Virus record (IMG/VR): IMGVR_UViG_3300044675_007236
Direction: 5' to 3' (one strand)
Source: a virus
Lineage: Duplodnaviria; Caudoviricetes
DNA length: 64,000 nucleotides
This document shows, piece after piece, positions 1 to 10,551 of the stretch. The translations under genes and the position numbers were made by a program. A model generated the notes under the pieces. The model was not told the DNA's origin. It ran no database searches and saw nothing but the letters and a program-made list of their open reading frames with translations. The stretch's first letter is position 1; every line of letters begins with the position of its first letter.

Positions 1-86
1 GGTGTTTGCTTGTTTTTCGTTGCAGCTAGGTTGGATTTTGCAAGAATACGTACAACTTCGGCTTTACCACTTGTTTTCTTTGGCAT
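1..86 (-). CDS. N-terminal fragment of the next baseplate-region gene (runs off the window edge)
   Basis: ATG at 86-84 directly follows the TAA of the baseplate J-like gene (TAAATG coupling); frame reads MPKKTSGKAEVVRILAK... and stays open to position 1. Confidence 0.5.
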   Translation of the reverse strand, partial: MPKKTSGKAEVVRILAKSNLAATKNKQT

Positions 87-1754
87 TTAGGTTGCAACCG
101 GTATGGAAGAAACAATGTTCAGATTCACGTTTGACGTTTCGGCGAAAAACTGAACTGTCTTAGAAGTTACCATTTTTTCAGGTAGTTCTGGAATTAGCAA
201 GGCGTCATCACTTCTGACGTACTTAATTGTACCGTCCGGCATGCGAATTCGACCTAGGATATCAAGTTCAGTTACGTTTAGTCTGCCCTGCAAGAAATTA
301 TGAACTGTATCGACAATCGCCGAACCAGGTAAAACACCTTGGAAATCTATCGCGTTAATTTCATCAATAATCGCTGCACGAATAGGATCTAGCAAGGGGG
401 CTACGTCGTCCGCAGCTTTGTTTATAGTGAGCGTGACGCTGACAAAACAAGGAACAGGTGCTTTAATCAGAGCGTCAGCTCCGTAATGTCTGATGTCCCG
501 GCTAGAAACTAAATCCTGCAGTTCTTTGATGTAAGGTACACCGGTTATCTCGTAAATGTAATCGGCAGCCTGGCCTACAGCCAAGTCTGCAACGGGAGTA
601 ACCGTGTCTTCGAATCGGACTATAGCGTTTTGAAAAGCCGTATAAGCCCCTTCTTCAACTGTGGCGATGTCTGGAAGAAAACCAGCTCCGGTTAAATCGA
701 TAGACCGAGTATCGGAAACAATGTTAAAACCTGACACAACAAAAGCAGCATCAGATCTACGAATCTTGTCTATCTCATAAAAACCAGGTAACACTGAAGC
801 GGGTACAGTAAACTGCCACTGGCTTGTACCTGTAACCGTTGACACGCTAATGCAAGTAGCTGACGCGACAGCCGTTTTCCTTTGTATTGCAGACTGCCCT
901 CTGATATACCAATCAACCCTACCGCCAGTAAGCGTCGGAAAAATTGTGTGCTTATCTCGCAGCATTTCCGGGTCACCACAACCAACTATAGACTGGTTTG
1001 TAATCGAAGCAAATTGCGGCAAGCTCCGAAGGTAGGCCCGCATGTTTGTTCGGTTAGATAAAGCTTTTGCTGAAATACCCAGCTGCAATTCGTTCAGCAG
1101 TTCTTCGTTTGTTTCGGTATTCGTTCCGTCTTCAAACGAAGAAGTCGCGTAGCTTGTCGCGTAATTGACAATTGACCGATTAGGTACAATCAGGTCGCCT
1201 GCGTTGAGTTTGCGGTCAGCACCAATATCCGCGGCTTCTACTTCAATCGTAAAAGCGTAATTACCGTTGCTAAGCGGTGTTAGCAGTCGGTCGTTTTCGC
1301 TTAAAATCTGAGCAGATGCAATACGGCCTACAAATGTTGCTGTTGTTAGATATTGAAAACCATTGGCTTCGAAAATACTGTTTTGAGGTATAGTGAGCGG
1401 TCTTAGTTCTGAGAGCTCTATGGTAACCGGGCCAACAGCTTTTGTTCCGGGCTTACGTACAATACCCCAGTTAGAAAGCACCTCGCTGACGACTGTATCA
1501 TCGGCCAACGTTGGATCTTCCTGAATTTTTTGAAGGCTTCTGGCGGACTGATAGCGTTCTAAATTGGCACGAATAGCCGCGTCTAATACAGCGTGATAGT
1601 AAGCCAATGTATCTTTGAAAACGCCACGACGTAAATCCAATGCCGGATTAAGCTCTTGTAGCTGCGAGACAAGCCTGTCAAGCGTCTGCTGAACATCTGC
1701 GGAGTCAAGTTGAGTGAGATCAGCTATTTCAAAGTCAGAGTAAGTTAAAGTCAT
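87..1754 (-). CDS. Baseplate wedge protein, J-like (P2 gpJ / Mu gp47 / T4 gp6 class)
   Basis: 555 aa; KPGTKAVGPVTI, IPQNSIF, TIEVEAADIG and DGTNTETNEELL segments resemble baseplate J family; follows a gp25-like gene. Confidence 0.7.
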   Translation of the reverse strand: MTLTYSDFEIADLTQLDSADVQQTLDRLVSQLQELNPALDLRRGVFKDTLAYYHAVLDAAIRANLERYQSARSLQKIQEDPTLADDTVVSEVLSNWGIVRKPGTKAVGPVTIELSELRPLTIPQNSIFEANGFQYLTTATFVGRIASAQILSENDRLLTPLSNGNYAFTIEVEAADIGADRKLNAGDLIVPNRSIVNYATSYATSSFEDGTNTETNEELLNELQLGISAKALSNRTNMRAYLRSLPQFASITNQSIVGCGDPEMLRDKHTIFPTLTGGRVDWYIRGQSAIQRKTAVASATCISVSTVTGTSQWQFTVPASVLPGFYEIDKIRRSDAAFVVSGFNIVSDTRSIDLTGAGFLPDIATVEEGAYTAFQNAIVRFEDTVTPVADLAVGQAADYIYEITGVPYIKELQDLVSSRDIRHYGADALIKAPVPCFVSVTLTINKAADDVAPLLDPIRAAIIDEINAIDFQGVLPGSAIVDTVHNFLQGRLNVTELDILGRIRMPDGTIKYVRSDDALLIPELPEKMVTSKTVQFFAETSNVNLNIVSSIPVAT

Positions 1755-1756
1755 GG

Positions 1757-2242
1757 TTATACTGCTGGTATCCGTAATGGGAATAAAACTTCGCGGGATT
1801 CACCGGCTACGCTGTTTAGCTGTATCCTAAGGTTAACGGTATCACCTATGAAAGATGCCTCTAGCAATTCAGACGAATCATATCTTTCGTCAGCCGGAAA
1901 AGACGGGTCATCTTCCAGCCGTAAATTAGTGCGTAAATCAAGCTCGCTGGAAGCGAAAATTTGAAACAAATCAGCGGATGTTCTAGCTATACCGTGCCTA
2001 AGCTGTGTCATGAAAAAGGTGCCACGGTTTATGTCGTAGACCAAAGAACCTTTTTCCGTAAGAAGTTCTAGTAGGAATCTCTGGGCTAGTTTAGCTGGTC
2101 CTGCAATGAGCGCTCCGCTTAAGCCTTCCTGCACCAAGGCAGGAACAACCTGTGTGTCACCGGCAGGCTGAGCTCCGTCGTATAACAGAAAATCAACAAG
2201 TTTTCCTTTATACTGTTGGATACTACTTGAAAAGTATTTCAT
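1757..2242 (-). CDS. Baseplate wedge subunit, gp25/gpW-like
   Basis: 161 aa; KLAQRFLLELLTEKGSLVYDINRGT pattern; position immediately upstream of J-like gene. Confidence 0.6.
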   Translation of the reverse strand: MKYFSSSIQQYKGKLVDFLLYDGAQPAGDTQVVPALVQEGLSGALIAGPAKLAQRFLLELLTEKGSLVYDINRGTFFMTQLRHGIARTSADLFQIFASSELDLRTNLRLEDDPSFPADERYDSSELLEASFIGDTVNLRIQLNSVAGESREVLFPLRIPAV

Positions 2243-2703
2243 ACAGCACCTCCGTCGCCGGTTGAACCTTGAGCAATCAGTTCTGTAAAGTATCTAATAG
2301 GCAATCCCGCAATAACGCCGTTGTCGCTGCCGTGACCCAGCTCTCGCCCGGCTAAATGTGCGACAGCTCGCGGAAACGTTTGAAATCTAGCGCGATAAGC
2401 ACGTTCGAGTTGTTGCATGTAATCGATTTGCGACGGTAGCACAATGAGGTCGGATGAATTACCTATACTCCCGGCTGTCGCCGCTTTTATAAGCGCATCT
2501 TCAGCCTTGTCAGAATTAAACAGCTTATGAATGTTCTTTAAACCTTCTTGCGTGGTGACGTCCACGTTAATGCTGCCTATCTCTGGTCGCAGCCATTTTA
2601 TGGGTTTGTTTTGTCGACGAGCCGTAGCTGCCTGCTTTTTTAGTTGTGCTAATCTAACCAAAACCTTGCTTAGATTAGGGTCTATGAGACTTTGCTGTGG
2701 CAT
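2239..2703 (-). CDS. Hypothetical protein
   Basis: 154 aa, tight packing with ATGA overlap on the next gene; carries KQA and KAA motifs. Confidence 0.6.
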   Translation of the reverse strand: MPQQSLIDPNLSKVLVRLAQLKKQAATARRQNKPIKWLRPEIGSINVDVTTQEGLKNIHKLFNSDKAEDALIKAATAGSIGNSSDLIVLPSQIDYMQQLERAYRARFQTFPRAVAHLAGRELGHGSDNGVIAGLPIRYFTELIAQGSTGDGGAV

Positions 2704-2704
2704 A

Positions 2705-3445
2705 CTATTGCGATATAAAAGGTGATAGGGCTTGTTCTTGATCTAGCAACTTTTGTATTTTCATTTTACGTTGAGTTATTGCCGCCGGAGTCCTATTCAG
2801 TGCTTTTGCGATGTCCAAGTTAGACATTTTTCGACGGTTATTCATACCCAGCGTCATTTCTAGAATTTGCTGGTCCGTAGGCTCCAGGTCTTGATACACA
2901 ATTTGTAACCATAGATCCTCAGCTCCCGTGTCACCAGGAAGCCTACCCGCTATACCGCCAGAGTTGGGGTCAAGGCTCTCGGCCTGACCTGTACTGAAAC
3001 CCGGCTGATACTTCCGAATCTTAGCAATTCTAGGGATAGATATTCGCATAAAGTCTGACAATTCTGCATCTGTGGGTTCTCGACCTATTTCGTCAGCAAG
3101 TTCTTGTGTTGCCGCTCTTAGCTTCTGACTCTCGAGTATCACCCGTTCAGGTGCGTTGATGACCTGCCCTTGCTGTCTGGATATTCGTCGCAAACCTTGC
3201 ATATTAGTTACGATATGCGATCGAAGTCTGGACCGCTTTGGATCGTACTTATTGGCAGCTTCCAAAGCCAGAAGCCGAGCCCTGCTGCGTAAAAGCGGGC
3301 TGTCGTTACCGTAAGCCTGCAAACCCTGGTTAATCACCGGGTCTATAGTCTTCAGAAAAGCTGCGTTGCCCTCCGGTGTTTTATTTGCTTGCCAGGTTTC
3401 ATAAGCTGGCCGAAACTCATCTTCTAAATAATCGGTTGGCATCAC
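2705..3445 (-). CDS. Sigma70-family RNA polymerase sigma factor (SigF/FliA-like architecture, divergent)
   Basis: Region 2-like EAANKYDPKRSRL, region 3 QELADEIGREPTDAELSDFMRIS, region 4 HTH LEPTDQQILEMTLG...SNLDIAKALNRTPAAITQ; start may be ATG at 3442. Confidence 0.8.
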   Translation of the reverse strand: MMPTDYLEDEFRPAYETWQANKTPEGNAAFLKTIDPVINQGLQAYGNDSPLLRSRARLLALEAANKYDPKRSRLRSHIVTNMQGLRRISRQQGQVINAPERVILESQKLRAATQELADEIGREPTDAELSDFMRISIPRIAKIRKYQPGFSTGQAESLDPNSGGIAGRLPGDTGAEDLWLQIVYQDLEPTDQQILEMTLGMNNRRKMSNLDIAKALNRTPAAITQRKMKIQKLLDQEQALSPFISQ

Positions 3446-3457
3446 GATAGTTTACTT

Positions 3458-5170
3458 CTACTTGTTTAAGGCTTTACGTTCGACTTCGGTAAGCGATTCA
3501 AAACCAGGGATAAGCGGAGCGTAATTAAAGTATTTTACACCATAAAAAGGGTGCGAAGACATCGAAAAGCGAGATAGTTTGTTTTCTTCGTCTGTTCGTA
3601 AGTTAGTTAAATTAAACGATGTTGTCGCACTTGCTTCTTGTGCGTTTATAGTGACGGTAACGCGATTTACAAAACCGTAAATGTCTGTGGCGAAATCGTC
3701 TATACCTGCAGTTTTAGTTGCAGTATCGGCTTTAATGATAACTGTGCTACCCGGAGCAATGTCAAAACGAAGCTTGCCTGTTATTGTTCCGCCGCGATCC
3801 TGTAACGCGTTTGCAGCGTAAATCATTTGAGCGTATTTGTTAGAAGCATCATTCCAGTTTACAACGTTATCTTCCGCTTTTTCGTCAACTGCTCGATTAT
3901 TACTACCTACCGCCGTATTTACTACCTGTGTAAGAAGTTTGTTTACACTTCCGTTACCGTTTACAGCCTTGATATCAAGTATTTCCGTAGCCGACAGCCA
4001 GTCTGGAGCAGGGACGAATAACCACATACCATCGACTACACCGTCTAAGCTTGCTGTGTAAGTACCGGCAACGCACTGTTTTTCGTTGATAGGTAGTGTA
4101 CCCATGTGTTGCTCATGCATAACGCCTACGCCGAAAAGAGGTCGCTGCGATCGAACTGAAAGGTTGATATCAGCAGTGTCTGATGTCCAAATAACGGCCC
4201 CGGCTTCTCTTGACATATCAAAAGCAGGTACAAGCAACGCCGAATTAGTTTGCGGAACTACAGCTAAGCCTATGTCGGTTATGAGCGATCCAATAAGCGC
4301 ATGCCACATGCTTGTACCAGCAAAAGATGCGTTTAGACGGCCACCAATGCTTTTCGCTAAGGCTGTTTTAGAGTCTAAGTCGACCTCAAAAGGATAGTCT
4401 CGAATGTACGCCGGTTTAGCCGCGGCTAAGTTCGAAAAACCCTTCCACTCCAGCACACCGTTTAAAGCCTGCAGAGCTCGAGTATTTGCAAGCAAATTAT
4501 CAACTAGTTGCGGTGGCGGCGAGCTGTCGCACCAGGCCGACGAGGCCTGTAACAAATTGTCTGACGATATTTTTGTTAGTACGTCGAGCAACGCTTTGGA
4601 CATGTCAAGAGTCATTGCAACCGGCAGACCGCTAATGTATCGGCTAGCTGCATCCATGTGGGTCTTACCTCCAGCACCTTCGTGCAAGATAGGAAGCATG
4701 AGATCGTGCGGCGCACCTGGTACCACATCTCGACTACCGCAGGAAGACAAAGCTAAATCGATCAAGGTGTTTGCAAAACTGAGCATCAAAGAAATGCTGC
4801 CGTTGTTTCTTCGATAAGAAACGCCGCTGACATAGCCGGTAAAAAGGATATGTTCACCAGCTGGAAATTGTTGTTTGGCTGAGCCTAAACCGCCAGTCGA
4901 CCAGTCGCCTAAGGCACCTACTAGCTTAACAACCACAGGTTCCATTTGCTTCAGTTCTTTAGCAACCTCGTAGACCGCAGACGGTTTACCAGTTCGTGCA
5001 TCTCTACCTAACGGTACAGCAGCAGTTGCCGTTGGAATAGAGTTTAGAGCGTAATTCATTGAAAAAGTAGCTAAGGGTAATTGAACGCCCGCGACTTCTG
5101 CTACGACTTTTCCGCCGCCGCTTTTACCGGATAAATCAACGACTGCGAACGTATTGGCTTTACCGCCCAT
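3458..5170 (-). CDS. Baseplate hub protein (T4 gp27 / Mu gp44-like)
   Basis: 570 aa beta-rich; ATFSMNYALNSIPTATAAV N-terminus, GGTITGKLRFDIAPGSTV C-terminal segment; position between tape measure and gp25-like genes. Confidence 0.55.
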   Translation of the reverse strand: MGGKANTFAVVDLSGKSGGGKVVAEVAGVQLPLATFSMNYALNSIPTATAAVPLGRDARTGKPSAVYEVAKELKQMEPVVVKLVGALGDWSTGGLGSAKQQFPAGEHILFTGYVSGVSYRRNNGSISLMLSFANTLIDLALSSCGSRDVVPGAPHDLMLPILHEGAGGKTHMDAASRYISGLPVAMTLDMSKALLDVLTKISSDNLLQASSAWCDSSPPPQLVDNLLANTRALQALNGVLEWKGFSNLAAAKPAYIRDYPFEVDLDSKTALAKSIGGRLNASFAGTSMWHALIGSLITDIGLAVVPQTNSALLVPAFDMSREAGAVIWTSDTADINLSVRSQRPLFGVGVMHEQHMGTLPINEKQCVAGTYTASLDGVVDGMWLFVPAPDWLSATEILDIKAVNGNGSVNKLLTQVVNTAVGSNNRAVDEKAEDNVVNWNDASNKYAQMIYAANALQDRGGTITGKLRFDIAPGSTVIIKADTATKTAGIDDFATDIYGFVNRVTVTINAQEASATTSFNLTNLRTDEENKLSRFSMSSHPFYGVKYFNYAPLIPGFESLTEVERKALNK

Positions 5171-5951
5171 TGCGAGTGTCCTCTGTGCGGTAAATATAGG
5201 CCATGACTATTCCACCTAGCCGATAAGCGAACTCGGGATGATCTTTCCAACAATTGTAAAACGTCAAATAAGGTTCTGCAGGTGCAACGCCAAAAAGCTG
5301 AAGGACGTTATCCTGACCTATACTTCTAAGGGACGCATCTAGCGTGTGTAAGGCCTGACTAGGTCTGTAGTAGCCTTGAATACGCCAGCTTGAACCTTCG
5401 GACAACTCGTTTACTTTGATCGCATAATCCGAATACGGCAAACTTACTTCTTGACTAAGACCGTTGATAAATGTTAGTTCAGTAGTCGTATTAGCTTCAG
5501 GCATGATTGTTCTTTGTACAACCAAATCTCCACCAGTCACTGAAACCAGGTAGGAATATTCACATCTTCCCGAAGCATCCGGTTCTATGTCTTTTCCGTT
5601 TAGATAGAGTTCAGAGCCAGAGTTTACTTTCCGCGGACTAATAGCTGGACGAAACAAATTATCAGCTATAAGCTGTCGGCTAAAAGCCTGATAAGTAATT
5701 CTTGAGTCAAGGGCTTCCACGTAAGACTGCAATTCGGTGGCTCCCACAAGCCTTAAAAGTTGGCTGCTTCTGTAGTTGAGCATCATGCGGTCAGGACTAA
5801 CACCAAAAAGCCTAGCTCTAACAATCTGCAAGTAAGTTGGCAACACCACAGGCTTGAAATCTTCCGGGATTAGCTCGTCGCCAGGATAAACTAACTGAGA
5901 GCCGCCCACGCCGGATTGGTTAAGAAGTAAAGTTCTTGCGTGATTATGCAT
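5160..5951 (-). CDS. Hypothetical baseplate-region protein
   Basis: 263 aa, overlaps both neighbours in the operon. Confidence 0.6.
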   Translation of the reverse strand: MHNHARTLLLNQSGVGGSQLVYPGDELIPEDFKPVVLPTYLQIVRARLFGVSPDRMMLNYRSSQLLRLVGATELQSYVEALDSRITYQAFSRQLIADNLFRPAISPRKVNSGSELYLNGKDIEPDASGRCEYSYLVSVTGGDLVVQRTIMPEANTTTELTFINGLSQEVSLPYSDYAIKVNELSEGSSWRIQGYYRPSQALHTLDASLRSIGQDNVLQLFGVAPAEPYLTFYNCWKDHPEFAYRLGGIVMAYIYRTEDTRNGR

Positions 5952-6466
5952 TAGAAAACCGAATCGGGTAAAAGAGATATTGTCAGTTGAAAGTTGACTG
6001 TTCTATGCACTGGATCTTGTACACTACCTGACAGCGATGTTATAAAACCGGCAAAAGCTTTACTTCGACCTATCGTTACAAAAACAGGGTCTTTACGCGC
6101 CGATATTCTGTTTTTCTCGTACCAGTTGATCATTTCTTCGATACCGTGTTTAAAGTTGCGAAGACCAGGATTGAGCTGCGCGACTGTACCTCCGCTAATA
6201 GCACACTTGTCAGCAAAGCTGATACCATCTATAACAACTTGACCCATGCGGTCGCCAAATACGTACATGTAAACGTCGTTAGCTATCGTATGCAGAAACT
6301 GGAAGTTACCACCAGCAGAAACACCTACACGTGTAAAAATACTGTTGTGCACCTGATAATTAACTCGAGTATTACCTACAAGCGATACCAGTGATAGTGA
6401 GCCAGCCGCCACAGCGTCATTGATTGCAGCAACTCTTCCAGTGTTTTGTGCGAATATTAACGGCAT
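5951..6466 (-). CDS. Tail tube-like baseplate protein (tube initiator)
   Basis: 171 aa; NFQFLHTIANDVYMYVFGDRMGQVVIDG and VNFQLTI beta pattern; directly after tape measure. Confidence 0.45.
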   Translation of the reverse strand: MPLIFAQNTGRVAAINDAVAAGSLSLVSLVGNTRVNYQVHNSIFTRVGVSAGGNFQFLHTIANDVYMYVFGDRMGQVVIDGISFADKCAISGGTVAQLNPGLRNFKHGIEEMINWYEKNRISARKDPVFVTIGRSKAFAGFITSLSGSVQDPVHRTVNFQLTISLLPDSVF

Positions 6467-9400
6467 CTAGTTGACTCCCAGTGCACCGGTTGTGCTTTGA
6501 AATGTTCCGTTGCCGTTTACGACATCTCCAACAATTTTTAAAACGCCGTCAATGGATACTGTCGATGTACTTTCACTAGCAGTTTCTGTGGCTATATCTC
6601 GGCTAGCAACAGCTGACATTTCTTTCGCCAGTTTGTCCGTAGTGTACGGATCCGTGCTTTCGGCCATTCCCAGAAATTCAGTTTGACGCATAGACTGTTC
6701 TAGATCGCCCACCGACATGTTGTATTCTTTAGCCAGAGCTTTCATCTTTTCTTTGTCGCCTTTAGCTGCGTTGTACTTATCGGTAAGTATATCAAGCTTT
6801 TCAATACCGCCTGTGCCGCCAACAGTTTTGTTTTTGTCTAGCCGTTTAAGAATACCGGAAAGCATTTTTTGATTAGCTGCCGACGTAGACTCGTCGCTTT
6901 TGTCTTTTAATTGCAGCTTATCTGCCAATGCCTTTCTTGATTCTGATGTATCTAGCCCGAAAGCATCGGCCAAAGTGTTTAGCTCAGCTGTAGCTAATAC
7001 TTTGGCTTGTTCTTCAGCTTCCCTGGCTCTTGCTTCTTTTTCCAACACAACAGCTTCGTCGACTTTTTCTCTGGCTTCTTCCTCGCTCAAGCCCTTACCT
7101 CTTAATGTTTCCATACTAGTTCTGTAACCAGACGCTCTATTTTCAAGTAGTCCAATCGCACCTTGGTTTGCTAGTTGCTTCTGATATTCAGTTTCGTCTT
7201 CAACATTGCCAGGCGTCAGACCCATGGCTCGCATGCCTGCATTTCTGTCCTGCATTGCCAAGTTGCGTTTAGCCTTTATCGCGGCAACTGAAGACTCGGC
7301 TCGACGTCTTACTTCCGGATCTTTAGACTGTAAGTCCGCGTTAAAACTAGATAGCTCGCGGTCTGTAGAAGAAATAATCGCTTCGGCATTTCTAGTGTTT
7401 TTAAGCACTTCCTTGTCGGAAATAGCTCTTACCGACGATGGCATTTTACCTGACCTGACAGCATCAAGATACTGCTCAGGTGTCATACCGAGTTTTTTAG
7501 CTTCTTCAGAGTAATCGCCTAGTGTGAGTTTAGCCAGGTTCTGTGTTGCACCTAATCCGCTTGTTTCAATAGCGTTACCCGCAGCAGCAATCGCAGTGTC
7601 TAATTCCGTTTTTAGCTGCTGCGATCTTTCCTGTAGTCGTTGTCGTTCTTCAGGAGTTGTAGCTTCGGTAAATTGTGATTCAAGTTCCCTTGCTTGGTTG
7701 TACAACGACCTTACTCGCTCTAAAGGTCCGCCAATTGTCTGTTGTTCAGCGATGAACGTGTTTCCAAACAAATCTTGCAGTAAAGTATCCATGTTAACAT
7801 CTTGGCCGCCTGCAGCTCGGTCTGCTTGCCGCATAATCGCAGAACCTATACGCCCTTGGATACCGCCAGCACCTTGCAACTTGGCCATGGAAGAGTTTGT
7901 CGCACTGCGAACAGCCGCAGCTTGCTGTGCGGCACCTCTGGCCTGAGAAACATGCTTACCATGTACCTGCGAGTAAGCGGTGAACGATTCAAATCCGTAA
8001 TTTTGAATTGTCTGCTCCGCTTGCCCAAATTGGCCCGCAGCCATGGCACGTGCTTGCTCGTCAGACAAGTTAAGATTATACGTACCAGCTTCAGCTCTAA
8101 TAGCTTCAGCCATCGCTCCGATACGTAGTTCCGGATTTTGCATTTCTGCTGGAGACAACGCGTTAAGTGCTCCAAGCCCGGCAGCACTAATTGATTTAGC
8201 TGCGGCAGCTCGCTGTGTGTTGTCTTGTATACCTGTACGAAGTGCTGTCTCGCCTGCCAGCCTGAAACTCATAGTCTGGTTCAGTTTTTGGTTTATTTCT
8301 CTTCGCTGAAGCTGAAAAGCTGTGGCTTGCATTTCCGGATTTTCTGACAACGCGCGGAAGTTTGAAGTTCTATCGTTTAACATCATGTTAAATGTATTAG
8401 CGTCACCTCCAGCTATACCGCCCTGGGCAGCAAGTGCTCTAAACTCAGTAAGCTTGGACGGCATCTGCATTGTCACACCGTTAAACGTGTAAGTCTCTTG
8501 ACCGGCAGCTGCCGCAGCCATAATAGCTTGAAGCTGCCGCCCTGCGGAGTTGTTTGCAAAGCCACCGGCTTGCTGTACTCTGAGCAAAGCACCCATAGCC
8601 TGGGATGTTTCAGATCCTAGGCCGCGGCTGAATAGACTCATTGTGCTTTGCTCAGCTTGCTGTCGATTAAGTGCACCGAATCCAGTTGCTCCGCCCGCTT
8701 GTGAGAATGCAATACCGCCAGCAATACCAGCTGACACAGTTGCAGGGTTAAAGTTCGCTGCGTGCGATCCCATGATTGACGTATTCATTGCATTAGCAGT
8801 CTGGCTCATCGCCATAATCTGGTCTATGCTTTTGCCCGACATCTGGCTCATAGCCTGCATATCTCTAACCATGTTTGCTAGGGATGCTGGATCAAACTTC
8901 TGCATCTGCCCGCCAGTTAAAGCTTTTAGAGCTCCAATAAGCTGCGGGACCGGTGCGTTTGGGTTACCGGCTTCGCCAAATACTTCTCGCATTGCCGAGA
9001 TAGCTTCAACGTAGTCCTGCAACTGATTTGTAATTTGCTGTGCGTCTGCTTTAGTTAGTCGTTCCTGTATCGCGGAATCTTTACGTAGCTTTCCCAGTTG
9101 CTCGTTGCTTAGCTTATTAACGTCACCTGCAAGTAAACCTGAATTGATTCCGGTTCTAGCGGCTACTTCGTTCATATCGACGCCGGAACGTTGAGCGTTT
9201 AAAACGGCGTCTAAAGTACGATCTCGCAAGCTTGCAGTTGGTCCGGCTAAACCTTCTGAAGACAACGCACGATAGATTTGTCCTACGTCTCCAGCCCGCA
9301 ATCCTTGCATTCTTGCGATGTTATCCTCAGCAAACATGTTACTAAAGACGTTTTTAATCATCGAGGTGTTTGCTTCAGCACCCATACCGTAACGACCCGT

Positions 9401-10006
9401 AGTAGGATCGATACGATAGCGGTTTGCTTCCATCATTTGTGCCGCCATGGACTGCACACTACCGGCAGGTCCTGACATCACGTCCAGAAATTCAGATCCT
9501 CCTGGAACCGTCATAGAAATCAGCGGACTATACTGCGCAATATTGCTGGCCATTTGCTGTGCCGCAAAACGCTGACTAGCGTTCATTGGTATACCGGCAA
9601 TTGCAGCACTGCCGCGAAAAAACTGATACATGTTAGTAGCGTCTTGACTTGCTACGCCGCTCATTACGTTGAGCTGCGTCATTTGCATTTGCCTAGCGTC
9701 AATAGCCTGCTGCATTGACGCGGCGTTACCGATTGACATAAGCCCGGCTTGTTGTAATCGGTTCGACAAGTAAGTGTTACCCGCCAGGTTAAGTAATTGG
9801 CCCGGCAGTCCGTAATTATTCAAGCCAAAGGGAGCCAACGGGGAAGTGTCCACAGTTCCAGCACCCGCTATAGCCGGGCCGTACATACCTGCCGTAGCAG
9901 CTAGGTTGTTCCCGCCGGGTCCCGGCACGCCGAAACCCGGAAAACCGGAATAACCAGTTTGCTGCATTAGATACAGCTGTATGTTAGGGTCGGTTATGTG
10001 GTTCAT
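6467..10006 (-). CDS. Tail tape measure protein
   Basis: 1179 aa Ala/Gln/Gly/Met-rich helical protein downstream of a frameshift-linked chaperone pair. Confidence 0.75.
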   Translation of the reverse strand: MNHITDPNIQLYLMQQTGYSGFPGFGVPGPGGNNLAATAGMYGPAIAGAGTVDTSPLAPFGLNNYGLPGQLLNLAGNTYLSNRLQQAGLMSIGNAASMQQAIDARQMQMTQLNVMSGVASQDATNMYQFFRGSAAIAGIPMNASQRFAAQQMASNIAQYSPLISMTVPGGSEFLDVMSGPAGSVQSMAAQMMEANRYRIDPTTGRYGMGAEANTSMIKNVFSNMFAEDNIARMQGLRAGDVGQIYRALSSEGLAGPTASLRDRTLDAVLNAQRSGVDMNEVAARTGINSGLLAGDVNKLSNEQLGKLRKDSAIQERLTKADAQQITNQLQDYVEAISAMREVFGEAGNPNAPVPQLIGALKALTGGQMQKFDPASLANMVRDMQAMSQMSGKSIDQIMAMSQTANAMNTSIMGSHAANFNPATVSAGIAGGIAFSQAGGATGFGALNRQQAEQSTMSLFSRGLGSETSQAMGALLRVQQAGGFANNSAGRQLQAIMAAAAAGQETYTFNGVTMQMPSKLTEFRALAAQGGIAGGDANTFNMMLNDRTSNFRALSENPEMQATAFQLQRREINQKLNQTMSFRLAGETALRTGIQDNTQRAAAAKSISAAGLGALNALSPAEMQNPELRIGAMAEAIRAEAGTYNLNLSDEQARAMAAGQFGQAEQTIQNYGFESFTAYSQVHGKHVSQARGAAQQAAAVRSATNSSMAKLQGAGGIQGRIGSAIMRQADRAAGGQDVNMDTLLQDLFGNTFIAEQQTIGGPLERVRSLYNQARELESQFTEATTPEERQRLQERSQQLKTELDTAIAAAGNAIETSGLGATQNLAKLTLGDYSEEAKKLGMTPEQYLDAVRSGKMPSSVRAISDKEVLKNTRNAEAIISSTDRELSSFNADLQSKDPEVRRRAESSVAAIKAKRNLAMQDRNAGMRAMGLTPGNVEDETEYQKQLANQGAIGLLENRASGYRTSMETLRGKGLSEEEAREKVDEAVVLEKEARAREAEEQAKVLATAELNTLADAFGLDTSESRKALADKLQLKDKSDESTSAANQKMLSGILKRLDKNKTVGGTGGIEKLDILTDKYNAAKGDKEKMKALAKEYNMSVGDLEQSMRQTEFLGMAESTDPYTTDKLAKEMSAVASRDIATETASESTSTVSIDGVLKIVGDVVNGNGTFQSTTGALGVN

Positions 10007-10551
10007 CTACTGCGTCCTTGCTGCTTTAAACGTTTTCGACGTATTTCTTCTGCGGCTGCGTGAAAATTGTTAAGCCTAGCTTGCTCTTCCTGTGCCTGGG
10101 TTTCCCTTTCTTCGCGTTTACCCTTAGTAGCTTGTCTAACTTCGTCTTCCCACTTTTCTCTTGCGGCAGCATCGCTGGGATCCCAACCTGTAAGTTGTTT
10201 CCATTGTACTTTATATTCTTCATGCTCGCTGCGGCGATATTTTTCTTCCAGCATTTCTGCCCAAGGTTGTTTGGCTTGCCGTAGCGTTCTATACCTCTCA
10301 AGCGTGTTTTTGTGTTCGGTTCCTGCATCCATTTTAGGATTAGCAAGCAAAGCCAAGCTCAAACTGTACAAGTTACCAATCAGCTCTTCGTGTTCCTGTG
10401 CTGCGAGAGTCCGAATGACGTAACGCCATTTAAGCCACCACCCGTGATCTTTTACGTCAGCTTTGGAAAAGTCTAACGAACCACGGACAGCGGCTTTAAG
10501 CGTCAGAGCTGCGTCACGATCTCGTTCCAAAAATTTTCGTCGTCGATGCAA
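10003..10551 (-). CDS. Tail assembly chaperone, -1 frameshift extension (lambda gpGT-like)
   Basis: Overlaps the upstream chaperone by 49 nt in the -1 frame; the nominal TTG start is only 1 nt after GGAGG, so independent initiation is unlikely; slippery heptamer lies in the overlap. Confidence 0.65.
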   Translation of the reverse strand: MHRRRKFLERDRDAALTLKAAVRGSLDFSKADVKDHGWWLKWRYVIRTLAAQEHEELIGNLYSLSLALLANPKMDAGTEHKNTLERYRTLRQAKQPWAEMLEEKYRRSEHEEYKVQWKQLTGWDPSDAAAREKWEDEVRQATKGKREERETQAQEEQARLNNFHAAAEEIRRKRLKQQGRSR

